The notes beneath the pieces are model-generated. The model was not told the DNA's origin. It did not search any database and saw only the letters and a list, made by a program, of their open reading frames with translations. A stretch of 64,000 nt of DNA from a bacterium (GTDB lineage: Bacteria; Patescibacteriota; Minisyncoccia; Minisyncoccales; RBG-13-42-11), in contig JBDRGQ010000004.1 in the NCBI GenBank assembly GCA_043817685.1, forward strand, positions 10,842 through 74,841, read 5' to 3'. Within the stretch, counting starts at the first letter, position 1; the number at the start of each line of letters is the position of its first letter. Shown here piece after piece: positions 1-8,099 of the stretch. Both the position numbers and the translations under genes were made by a program.

Positions 1-254
1 ATTTTTTCTGGATCTATGTTTTCTGGATTTATCTTTACTTTTCTTTCTCCAATCCATTCTATTTGTGCCCCCATTCTTTTTAATATTTCAATATAGTCTG
101 TAACGTCAGAAACCAAGGGAAGATTATCTATTATAGATGGTTCTTTCGAAAGCAAAACAGCAGACAAACAAGCTCCGGCTGAATTTTTATATCCTGCAAT
201 TTCCACTTCTCCAGATAAATTAACCCCTCCCTTTATTAGGAATTTGTCTTGCAT
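1..254 (-). CDS. murA: UDP-N-acetylglucosamine 1-carboxyvinyltransferase (MurA). Partial: the N-terminal part lies in the window and the gene continues past position 1.
   Basis: Reverse-complement translation from the ATG at 254-252 gives MQDKFLIKGGVNLSGEVEIAGYKNSAGACLSAVLLSKEPSIIDNLP... This matches the MurA N-terminus (MDKFRVQG..GEVTISGAKNAALP). It is absent from the ORF track because no stop codon falls inside the window. Confidence 0.75.
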   Translation of the reverse strand, partial: MQDKFLIKGGVNLSGEVEIAGYKNSAGACLSAVLLSKEPSIIDNLPLVSDVTDYIEILKRMGAQIEWIGERKVKINPENIDPEK

Positions 255-289
255 AATTAGTATTTTTACTCTACAATAAATGATAACTT

Positions 290-1291
290 ATGTCAAAAAA
301 GACTAAAAAAATAGTCTGCATTGGTGGTGGTACTGGTACATTCACCGTTCTTTCTGGTTTGAAAAAATATCCAATTTCTTTATCTGTTATCGTCTCAATG
401 TTTGATAGTGGCGGAAGCAATAAAGTAATTCGGGATGAGTTCGGGTTGTTACCCACTAGCGATTTAAGGCAATGTTTTGTTGCTTTGGCAGAAGACGGCA
501 ATGGGTTAGAACATACATTAAGAGAGCTTTTCATGTATCGATTTTATAAGGGCGACGGAATAAATGGGATGACTTTCGGAAACTTATTTATGGCAGCTCT
601 TAGCGATATTCTGGGTTCGCAGAGAATGGCGATAAAAAAAACTGGTCAAATTTTAAAAATAAAAGGAAAAGTTATTCCAGTCAGTCTGAACGATTCAAAT
701 CTGGTGGCAGTCTATGAAAACGGGAAAACATTAATCGGAGAAAGTTTGATAGATGAGCCGAAACACAACGGAAAAATGAAAATAAAGAAAGTTTATTTAA
801 AACCAAGCGCTAAGGCATGCCCGGAAGCCATAAAAGAAATCATGGATGCCGATTTGATTGTCATTGGTCCGGGAGATTTATATACTAGTTTGATACCAAA
901 TTTATTGGTCGGTGGGATTAAAAAGGCCCTGAATAAAACAAAGGCTAAAGTAGTTTATATTTTGAATCTAATGACTAGATATGGTCAAACTTACAGATTT
1001 AAGGCCAGCGATCACATTTATGCTCTAGAAAAATATTTAGGAAAGAATAATATAGATTTTGTTTTGATAAATTCAAAACCAATTCCTTCCTCATTAATAA
1101 AAAAATATGAAAAACAGAAAGAATCATCTGTCTTAGATGATTTAAAAGATGATTATTTTAAGATAATAAGAAAGGATTTATTAAATCAAGGAGAAGCAAA
1201 GATGATTCCTGGTGATATTCTGAAAAGAAGTCTTATCCGTCATGACTCTAGAAAATTAGCTAAAATGTTAATTAACTTATGCAAGCTGTAA
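290..1291 (+). CDS. YvcK/CofD-family protein (UPF0052, gluconeogenesis factor-like, UDP-sugar binding)
   Basis: The N-terminus [19 protein letters not shown] and the [17 protein letters not shown] motif are typical of YvcK/CofD 2-phospho-L-lactate-transferase-like proteins. Length is 333 aa. Confidence 0.7.
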   Translation: MSKKTKKIVCIGGGTGTFTVLSGLKKYPISLSVIVSMFDSGGSNKVIRDEFGLLPTSDLRQCFVALAEDGNGLEHTLRELFMYRFYKGDGINGMTFGNLFMAALSDILGSQRMAIKKTGQILKIKGKVIPVSLNDSNLVAVYENGKTLIGESLIDEPKHNGKMKIKKVYLKPSAKACPEAIKEIMDADLIVIGPGDLYTSLIPNLLVGGIKKALNKTKAKVVYILNLMTRYGQTYRFKASDHIYALEKYLGKNNIDFVLINSKPIPSSLIKKYEKQKESSVLDDLKDDYFKIIRKDLLNQGEAKMIPGDILKRSLIRHDSRKLAKMLINLCKL

Positions 1292-2538
1292 TATTGGCAG
1301 CGGGAGAAAGTTCCCGCTTCTGGCCATTAAACCAAAAGCACAAGTCCCTTTTTAAGATAATGGGTAAACCTTTGATTTGGTATACAATTGATGGTTTAAA
1401 AAGGGCAGGGATTAAAGAAATTATTATTGTGCAGGATCCGGAAAAAAACATCGAGCAAGAATTAAAAGATTACAATTTAGAGGTAAAAATTCAATATGTG
1501 GTTCAATCGGAGCCAAAAGGAATGGGAGATGCTGTATTTCAAACAAAAGAATTAATTAATGATTCATTCTTTATTTTAAACCCCTATTATTTTGGTATAG
1601 AGAAAATAATAAAAGGGATGATAGATAAGAAACAAAAAATTAATACAGATTGGGTTATACTCACCAAAGAGGATGATTCTAATCCTTGGGATTATGGCAC
1701 CGTCGTTTTAGAAGAAGTTGGTAAAGTTAGAACAGATAGGATAGTAGACATAAAAGAAAAGCCGACAATGGGGAAAGAGCCCTTTTATGAATATGAGGAT
1801 AGTGATGCCGTCTATATAAAGGCAGTAGGGATTTATTTTCTTTCCCAGAAATTTTTTGATTACTATAAAAAAGTTGAAAAAAAACATAATAATTTTGAAG
1901 ATACACTTAAGCTATTCGCGAAAGAAGAATTTGTAAGAGAATTTAGAAATGGAGAAGAGATGATTAGTTTGAAATACCCTTGGCATTTATTTGAAGTGAA
2001 TCGGTATTTAATGAATAAATATTTAGGAGATAAACCGTACATTGGGCAAAATGTGAAAATCTTCGAGAACGCAGTGATTAAAGGACCTTGTTATATCGGA
2101 GATAATTGTATAATTGGAAATAATGCTTTGATCCGTGAATATACCAACATAGAGGATAATGTGATGGTTGGCGCTAACGCCGAAATCACAAGGTGTATTT
2201 TTCAAAAAGACGTGCATGTCCATTCTGGATATTTTGGAGATTCAATTTTTGGGAAAGGATGTCGTGTGGGAGCAGGAACTATTACGGCCAACGTTAGAGG
2301 TGATAGGCAGAATATAAAAACTGTTGTTAAGGGCGAGAAGATAGAAACGGGTTTGACTAGTCTTGGAGTGATAGTTGGAGATAATAGTAAATTTGGTATT
2401 CATGCCGGGACAATGCCCGGAGTTTTAATCGGCAGAGACTGTTCAGTTGGTCCTGGGACTTTAGTTTTTGAAAATATAGAAGATAACATTCTCTTTTATT
2501 CTGAGTTTAAGGGAGTAAAGAAAAAACTTTCCGCTTGA
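1279..2538 (+). CDS. Sugar-1-phosphate nucleotidyltransferase with a C-terminal left-handed beta-helix (hexapeptide) domain, GlmU-like
   Basis: The N-terminus [17 protein letters not shown]...GKPLI is an NTP-transferase signature. The C-terminal half is rich in hexapeptide repeats ([20 protein letters not shown]). It overlaps the upstream gene by 13 nt, suggesting an operon. Confidence 0.65.
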   Translation: MQAVILAAGESSRFWPLNQKHKSLFKIMGKPLIWYTIDGLKRAGIKEIIIVQDPEKNIEQELKDYNLEVKIQYVVQSEPKGMGDAVFQTKELINDSFFILNPYYFGIEKIIKGMIDKKQKINTDWVILTKEDDSNPWDYGTVVLEEVGKVRTDRIVDIKEKPTMGKEPFYEYEDSDAVYIKAVGIYFLSQKFFDYYKKVEKKHNNFEDTLKLFAKEEFVREFRNGEEMISLKYPWHLFEVNRYLMNKYLGDKPYIGQNVKIFENAVIKGPCYIGDNCIIGNNALIREYTNIEDNVMVGANAEITRCIFQKDVHVHSGYFGDSIFGKGCRVGAGTITANVRGDRQNIKTVVKGEKIETGLTSLGVIVGDNSKFGIHAGTMPGVLIGRDCSVGPGTLVFENIEDNILFYSEFKGVKKKLSA

Positions 2539-2815
2539 CAGAAGAGCTTTATTTTTATAGCTTAATAACATTGTGGCGGAGAAACACTGGCTCTGTTACT
2601 TTTGTATCTTGGTTCTTTAGAAAGGGGGTGATGTCTATTGCTTGCATTTTTATACGTATGATATAACAGATGAAAGGAGATTTGCCTATTTTATAATCCT
2701 ATCTCATTCCAAAAATCTATTTAAAAAGAATAAGCTTATTAAACGGAGGAGATTCTCCTGCGTATATAATGAAAGTAATTCCTTTCATTAATCGTATTAA
2801 TGACGATATCACGTC

Positions 2816-2844
2816 GGGTCCTGTAATTTCAGGACCCTTTTTTT
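2816..2844 (+). terminator. Rho-independent terminator-like hairpin
   Basis: GGGTCCTG-TAATTT-CAGGACCC forms a perfect 8-bp stem, followed by T7. It lies directly upstream of the next gene start. Confidence 0.5.
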
Positions 2845-2860
2845 GTGCTATACTTTAAAA

Positions 2861-3799
2861 ATGATTTCAAAAGAAAATAAAAAATATGTTATTGGAGTTG
2901 ACGGCGGAGGGGCCAAAACCATAGCTGTTTTGGCTGATTTGGATGGGAAAATTCTTAAGATGGCAAAAGAAGGATCTTCTCACCCGAGGAACATTGGAAT
3001 GAAGAGAGCAATAGATACTCTTGCTTTGGTCATTGAAAAAGTAATGCCAGGGAATAAAGAAGTTTTAGCTGTTTTTATTGGTTTGCCGGCGATGGAAGAA
3101 GAGTTTAAATTTAAAAAAGAAAAAATAAGAAAAGAATTGCTAAAGCGTAAAAAGATTTCTCCTATTTTTAAAGGGAAATTGGTAATAGGATCAGATCAAT
3201 TGGTTGGTTTTAGGTCGGGAACAGATAAAAAAGAAGGAGTTGTTTTAATAGCTGGTTCAGGTTGTGCCATCCATGGTTGGAGGGGAGGGAAAGAGATTAA
3301 AGTTGATGGCTGGGGTTATTTGAGCGAATTGGGGTCATCTTTCAGAATTGGGCAAAGGGCGCTGCAGGAAATGTTTAAAGATTTGGACGGGAGATCTCCA
3401 AAAACCCTGATTACGAATTTAATTTTTAAGAAATTGAAAGTTAAAAACAAAGAAAGTCTTATTAAAAGAATCTATTCTAAAAACCCCATAGATATAGTGC
3501 CATCTTTTGCAATTTTGGTCGACAAGGCGGCTGAAAAAAAAGATAAAGTGGCCAAAGATATACTTCAAGAGGTGGCAGAGGAATTGGTTTCATCTGCCAG
3601 AGTTGTAATTAAAAAGTTGAGATTCCAAAATAAATGTTTCCCTGTAGTCTTAATAGGTAGTATGTTTAAATCAAAAATAGTATTAGATAGAGTAAAGAAA
3701 GGGATTAAAAGAATCGTTCCTAAGGTTAAATTTATTAAACCCCAGAAAGAGCCGGTTGTCGGAGCGGTAAAATTGGTTTTGGAACAAGTAGAAGAATGA
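2861..3799 (+). CDS. BadF/BadG/BcrA/BcrD-type ATPase, N-acetylglucosamine kinase-like
   Basis: The motif VIGVDGGGAKT and the later AGSGC motif are typical of NagK/BadF sugar kinases. The ORF track begins at TTG 2843. I prefer ATG 2861 (MISKENKKYVIGVDGGG). Confidence 0.6.
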   Translation: MISKENKKYVIGVDGGGAKTIAVLADLDGKILKMAKEGSSHPRNIGMKRAIDTLALVIEKVMPGNKEVLAVFIGLPAMEEEFKFKKEKIRKELLKRKKISPIFKGKLVIGSDQLVGFRSGTDKKEGVVLIAGSGCAIHGWRGGKEIKVDGWGYLSELGSSFRIGQRALQEMFKDLDGRSPKTLITNLIFKKLKVKNKESLIKRIYSKNPIDIVPSFAILVDKAAEKKDKVAKDILQEVAEELVSSARVVIKKLRFQNKCFPVVLIGSMFKSKIVLDRVKKGIKRIVPKVKFIKPQKEPVVGAVKLVLEQVEE

Positions 3800-4377
3800 A
3801 GAAGATAGAATTGAAAAATGTGAATATCAAAGAATTGGCAGGGTTCTTGCGAGAAGGAAAGGTAATGGTTTGTCCAACAGACACTGTTTATGGAATTATT
3901 TGTAATGCGAATGACAAAAAAGCGGTTGATAGACTTTTTAAAATAAAGAAAAGAGACAGAAAGAAGCCGATCCCTATTTTTATTAAGGATATAAAAATGG
4001 CAAAATCTGTTGCTATTATAAATGATCAACAGGAAAAATATTTAAAATCAATTTGGCCAGGAAGAATAACTGCGATCTTGAAGCCCAAAATAAAATTTCC
4101 TTCGGGCATAGGAAAAAACAAAATAGAGATTGGTTTAAGAATTCCTAAATATACATTAATTAATAATTTATTATCTCTTTTTAATTCTCCTATTACTGGA
4201 ACATCCGCCAATATTTCTGGGGAATCTTCTTCAACAAAGATTAAAGAGGTTATTTTTCAATTTGAGAGGCAAAAATATCAACCAGACGTAATTATCGATG
4301 GTGGCAATCTGTCTAAAAATAAACCATCGACAATTATAAATTTAACTATTTATCCATCAAAAATATTAAGAAAATGA
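3796..4377 (+). CDS. tsaC: L-threonylcarbamoyladenylate synthase (YrdC/Sua5 domain)
   Basis: The YrdC-type motif is present (KVMVCPTDTVYGIICNAND). Length is 193 aa. The start overlaps the upstream stop codon. Confidence 0.75.
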   Translation: MKKIELKNVNIKELAGFLREGKVMVCPTDTVYGIICNANDKKAVDRLFKIKKRDRKKPIPIFIKDIKMAKSVAIINDQQEKYLKSIWPGRITAILKPKIKFPSGIGKNKIEIGLRIPKYTLINNLLSLFNSPITGTSANISGESSSTKIKEVIFQFERQKYQPDVIIDGGNLSKNKPSTIINLTIYPSKILRK

Positions 4378-5426
4378 GGATTTTAGCGATAGAAACATCA
4401 TGTGATGACACAAGCGTAGCTTTAGTTGATATTAAAGGTTCTAATTTTAAAATATTAGAAAATATTATTTCTTCGCAGATTAAAATACATAAAAAATGGG
4501 GAGGGGTAGTCCCCAATTTGGCTAGAAGGGAGCACCAAAAAAATCTTCCGATAATATTGAAAAAGGTTTTAAGCAATAAAGAAAAACCAGACATTGTATC
4601 AGTTACTAAGGGTCCTGGTTTAGAACCATGTCTATGGGTTGGAATTAATTTAGCAAGAGAATTAGCTGAAAAAATAAAAAAACCATTAATCGGGATAAAT
4701 CATATAGAAGCTCATGTGCTTGTTAACTTTATTAGCGAAGATTCTAAGATAAAAATAAATAAAAAACTATTCCCGGCAATTTGTTTAATTGTTTCTGGAG
4801 GGCATACTCAGCTTGTTTTAATGAAGGGTCTGGGAAAATATAAAATAATTGGAGAAACCAGAGATGATGCAGCTGGGGAGTGTTTTGATAAAATAGCTAA
4901 GATCTTAGGGCTTGGATATCCTGGTGGGCCTATTATTGATAATAAAGCAGATCAATGGAGATCTAAATCAATTATTTCCAAGAAAAATATTAAATTACCC
5001 AGACCGATGATGAATCAAAAGAATTATGATTTTAGCTTTTCTGGACTTAAAACGGCAGTACTTTATGATTTTAAGAGTCGTTCTCAAAAAGCTAGAAAGT
5101 CAGAATCATATATTCAAGAGATATCTAGCGAAGCGCAACAGTCAATAATTGATGTTTTAATATCAAAAACAATAAAGGCTATTAAAGAATTTAAAGTTAA
5201 TTCACTCATCCTTGGCGGAGGCGTTACCGCCAGTAAGGAATTGAAAAAACAGTTTAGGGATAAAATAAAAAAAGAATTTCCAAAAGTTGAAATTTTAATT
5301 CCTTCTCCATCATTTTCTACAGACAATGCTTTAATGGTAGCTACAGCTGCTTTCTTACATAAAGATGATAAAAATAAGAACTGGAAGACAATGAAGGCTA
5401 ATGCTAATCTTAAGATAGACAAATAA
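4374..5426 (+). CDS. tsaD: tRNA N6-adenosine threonylcarbamoyltransferase (Kae1/TsaD/Gcp)
   Basis: The N-terminus MRILAIETSCDDTSVAL is a TsaD signature, with SGGV and GGGV motifs later. It is translationally coupled to tsaC through an ATGA overlap. Confidence 0.85.
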   Translation: MRILAIETSCDDTSVALVDIKGSNFKILENIISSQIKIHKKWGGVVPNLARREHQKNLPIILKKVLSNKEKPDIVSVTKGPGLEPCLWVGINLARELAEKIKKPLIGINHIEAHVLVNFISEDSKIKINKKLFPAICLIVSGGHTQLVLMKGLGKYKIIGETRDDAAGECFDKIAKILGLGYPGGPIIDNKADQWRSKSIISKKNIKLPRPMMNQKNYDFSFSGLKTAVLYDFKSRSQKARKSESYIQEISSEAQQSIIDVLISKTIKAIKEFKVNSLILGGGVTASKELKKQFRDKIKKEFPKVEILIPSPSFSTDNALMVATAAFLHKDDKNKNWKTMKANANLKIDK

Positions 5427-5427
5427 T

Positions 5428-5937
5428 ATGAACTGGAATACATCTTTTTTTGAATTAATAAATCAATATGCTGGAAAGAGTGTATGTCTTGATAGTTTGG
5501 CCATCTTTTTTGCTGAATACTTACAATATGTTTTAGTTTTTATTTTTGTAATTTTATTAATCAAAAATTTCGATAAATATCTTCCCTTAATTTTAAGAAT
5601 TGTAGCGGCCGGTATTCTAGCTAGAATTATTATTACTGAAATAATAAGACTTGTTTGGGAAAGGCCAAGACCGTTTATTGAGAATAATGTAAATCTTATA
5701 TTGGAACATTCTCCTTTGGCTTCTTTCCCTTCTGGTCATGCTTCGTTATTCTTTGCTGTATCTACCGTAATATATCTTTATAATAAAAAAGCTGGCATAT
5801 TATTTTTCATTGCCAGTTTCTTAATTTCTATCTCTAGAGTTTTTGCTGGGATTCATTGGCCAGCCGATATAATAGCTGGAGCTTTAGTTGGAATATTCTC
5901 GGGTTGGTTAATAGTTAGATTTTTAAAGCAATCCTAG
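5428..5937 (+). CDS. PAP2-family membrane phosphatase (undecaprenyl-diphosphatase-like)
   Basis: All three PAP2 motifs are present: ERPRP, SFPSGHAS and SRVFAGIHWPADI. The protein is multi-TM. Confidence 0.7.
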   Translation: MNWNTSFFELINQYAGKSVCLDSLAIFFAEYLQYVLVFIFVILLIKNFDKYLPLILRIVAAGILARIIITEIIRLVWERPRPFIENNVNLILEHSPLASFPSGHASLFFAVSTVIYLYNKKAGILFFIASFLISISRVFAGIHWPADIIAGALVGIFSGWLIVRFLKQS

Positions 5938-6021
5938 TGCCGCGGGTGGGACTCGAACCCACACAGGATTGCTCCTATACGATTTTGAGTCGTACGCGTA
6001 AACCAATTCCGCCACCGCGGC
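5938..6021 (-). tRNA. tRNA-Leu (anticodon CAA)
   Basis: Reverse complement is GCCGCGGTGGCGGAATTGG...TACGA-CTCAAAA-TCGTA...GTGGGTTCGAGTCCCACCCGCGGCA. It has a 7-bp acceptor stem, a D-arm, a long variable arm and a T-arm GGTTCGAGTCC. The anticodon loop is CUCAAAA. Confidence 0.85.
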
Positions 6022-6040
6022 ATATCGCTTTGTTATTCTA

Positions 6041-8098
6041 TTACATTTCTCCTTCTTTTTCAACTTTGTAGCCACATTCTTTATTGGAGCATTTTTCCCA
6101 TTTCTTCCCGCTTTCTATAAGCATTGCATTGCACCTAGGACAGAATTTACCAGTAGGTTTATACCATAAAGCATAGTCGCATTTTGGATAAGTACTGCAT
6201 CCGTAGAAAACTTTTCTTTTTTTAGTTCTTTTGAGGACTATCTTCCCCTTTTTGCACCCGGGACACTTAATGCCCAAATCGTTTTCTTTTAAAGATTCTG
6301 TATATTTGCATTTAGGGAAGTTAGAACAGGCATAGAACTTTCCATATCTTCCTAGCTTTATAATTAGAGGAGACTTGCATTCGGGGCAGATTTTATCTGT
6401 AGGGGTATCAGTAATGTCTTTTTTTTCTATTAATTTATATTTTTCTTCTAAATTATCTATAAAAGGATCATAGAAATCTTCTATTACTGGAAGTAATTTC
6501 TTTTCTCCTTGAGCTATTTTGTCTAATTCTGATTCCATTTCAGCAGTAAATCCCATGTCCACTATTTTGGGGAAATGTTCAACTAACATATTGTTTACCA
6601 CTGTTCCTATTTCAGTCGGTTGGAATCTTCTTTGTTCATTCTTTTCTATATAGTTTTTATCCTGAATATTAGAAAGGATTGGAGCATAGGTAGAAGGTCT
6701 TCCAATGCCATTTTCTTCCAAAGTTTTAATCAAAGAAGCTTCATTGTACCTTGGAAGAGGTTGGGTAAAGTGCTGATTTGGATTTAATTCTTTCAGTTTA
6801 AGTTTTTCTCCTTCTTTTAATTCCGGCAGTTCTTTTTCTTCAAACTTAATAGGATAAACTTTTAAAAATCCATCGAATTTTAATAATTGTCCCATTGTTC
6901 TGAATCCGTAATTTTTAGCTTTAATATCTGCAGTTTGGGTATTAAAGACGGCCTGAGCCATCTGGCTGGCCATAAATCTTTTCCATATAAGATCATAAAG
7001 GCGATGTTGGTTTGAATCTAATTTTAAAGATTCAGGGGTTTTATCGGGATAACTTGGTCTTATTGCTTCATGAGCTTCTTGAGCTCCTTTGCTTTTAGTT
7101 TTGTATTTCCTGAATGATCCTGCCCAGTATTTTTCTCCGTATTCCTTTTTGATAAAATCTTTTGCGGCAAAGAGAGATTGATCAGAAAGATTTAGAGAAT
7201 CTGTCCTATGGTAGGTTATAAATCCTTTTTCATAAAGCTTTTGAGCCGTTCCCATAGTAAACCTAGCTGGAAAGCCGAGTTTTTTGGAAGCTTCTTGTTG
7301 CATAGTAGAAGTAGTAAAGGGAGGATAAGGATTTCTATTAACTTCCTTTTTTTCTATCTTTTCAACTTCGTAATCTGCGTTTTCTAGGTCTTCTATTATT
7401 TGCTTTGCCTCGTTTTCGTTTTTTATCTCTAACTTATCTATTGTTTTCCCGTCTTTTTTTACTAAAAAAGATTCAAACTGATTCTTTCCTTTTTCTAATA
7501 AGGCTACAATGTTCCAGTATTCCTGGGCGATAAAAGCTTGTATTTCTTTTTCTCTTTCGGCAACTAGTCTTAAAGCTACAGATTGAACTCTTCCAGCAGA
7601 TAATCCCCTGGCTATTTTCTTCCATAAAAAAGGAGAAAGTTTATATCCGACAATTCTATCTAAGATTCTCCTGGCTTGCTGGGCACGAACCTTAGACATG
7701 TCTATTTTTCTGGGGTTTTCCAAGGCTTTTTTTATGGCAGTCTTAGTAATCTCATGAAAAACTATCCTTTGATATTCGTTTTCATTTAAGCCCAAAATAA
7801 AAGACAAGTGATAGGCAATGGCCTCTCCTTCCCTGTCTTCATCAGTAGCCAGAATAATTTGATCTGATTCTTTTGCTTCTTTTTTCAATAAATTAACATT
7901 CTTTCTGGCCTTCGGCATTATTATGTATTCTGGCTTAAAATCATTCTCTATATCTATCCCCAGTTTACTTTTAGGCAAGTCTCTTACGTGTCCGTAAGAA
8001 GATAGAACTTTGTAGTTTTTACCAAGGAATTTTGATATTGTAGATGCCTTCGTTGGACTTTCTACGATGACTAAATTCATATTTTTTGAGTGTAGCAC
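6041..8098 (-). CDS. topA: DNA topoisomerase I
   Basis: A TOPRIM N-terminus is present (LVIVESPTKASTI, DEDREGEAIA). The C-terminus has several Cys4 zinc ribbons (CPECKSP, CPGCKKG, CPRCNA). Confidence 0.9.
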   Translation of the reverse strand: MLHSKNMNLVIVESPTKASTISKFLGKNYKVLSSYGHVRDLPKSKLGIDIENDFKPEYIIMPKARKNVNLLKKEAKESDQIILATDEDREGEAIAYHLSFILGLNENEYQRIVFHEITKTAIKKALENPRKIDMSKVRAQQARRILDRIVGYKLSPFLWKKIARGLSAGRVQSVALRLVAEREKEIQAFIAQEYWNIVALLEKGKNQFESFLVKKDGKTIDKLEIKNENEAKQIIEDLENADYEVEKIEKKEVNRNPYPPFTTSTMQQEASKKLGFPARFTMGTAQKLYEKGFITYHRTDSLNLSDQSLFAAKDFIKKEYGEKYWAGSFRKYKTKSKGAQEAHEAIRPSYPDKTPESLKLDSNQHRLYDLIWKRFMASQMAQAVFNTQTADIKAKNYGFRTMGQLLKFDGFLKVYPIKFEEKELPELKEGEKLKLKELNPNQHFTQPLPRYNEASLIKTLEENGIGRPSTYAPILSNIQDKNYIEKNEQRRFQPTEIGTVVNNMLVEHFPKIVDMGFTAEMESELDKIAQGEKKLLPVIEDFYDPFIDNLEEKYKLIEKKDITDTPTDKICPECKSPLIIKLGRYGKFYACSNFPKCKYTESLKENDLGIKCPGCKKGKIVLKRTKKRKVFYGCSTYPKCDYALWYKPTGKFCPRCNAMLIESGKKWEKCSNKECGYKVEKEGEM

Positions 8099-8099
8099 T

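Noticed and set aside
271-534. 87-aa minus-strand ORF at the 5' end of the window.
   Set aside because: It overlaps the confidently assigned YvcK-like gene on the opposite strand and has no motifs. The real minus-strand gene here is murA, which starts at 254 and runs out of the window.
3565-4029. 154-aa minus-strand ORF.
   Set aside because: It lies antisense across the NagK-like/tsaC junction, with low-complexity translation. It is spurious.
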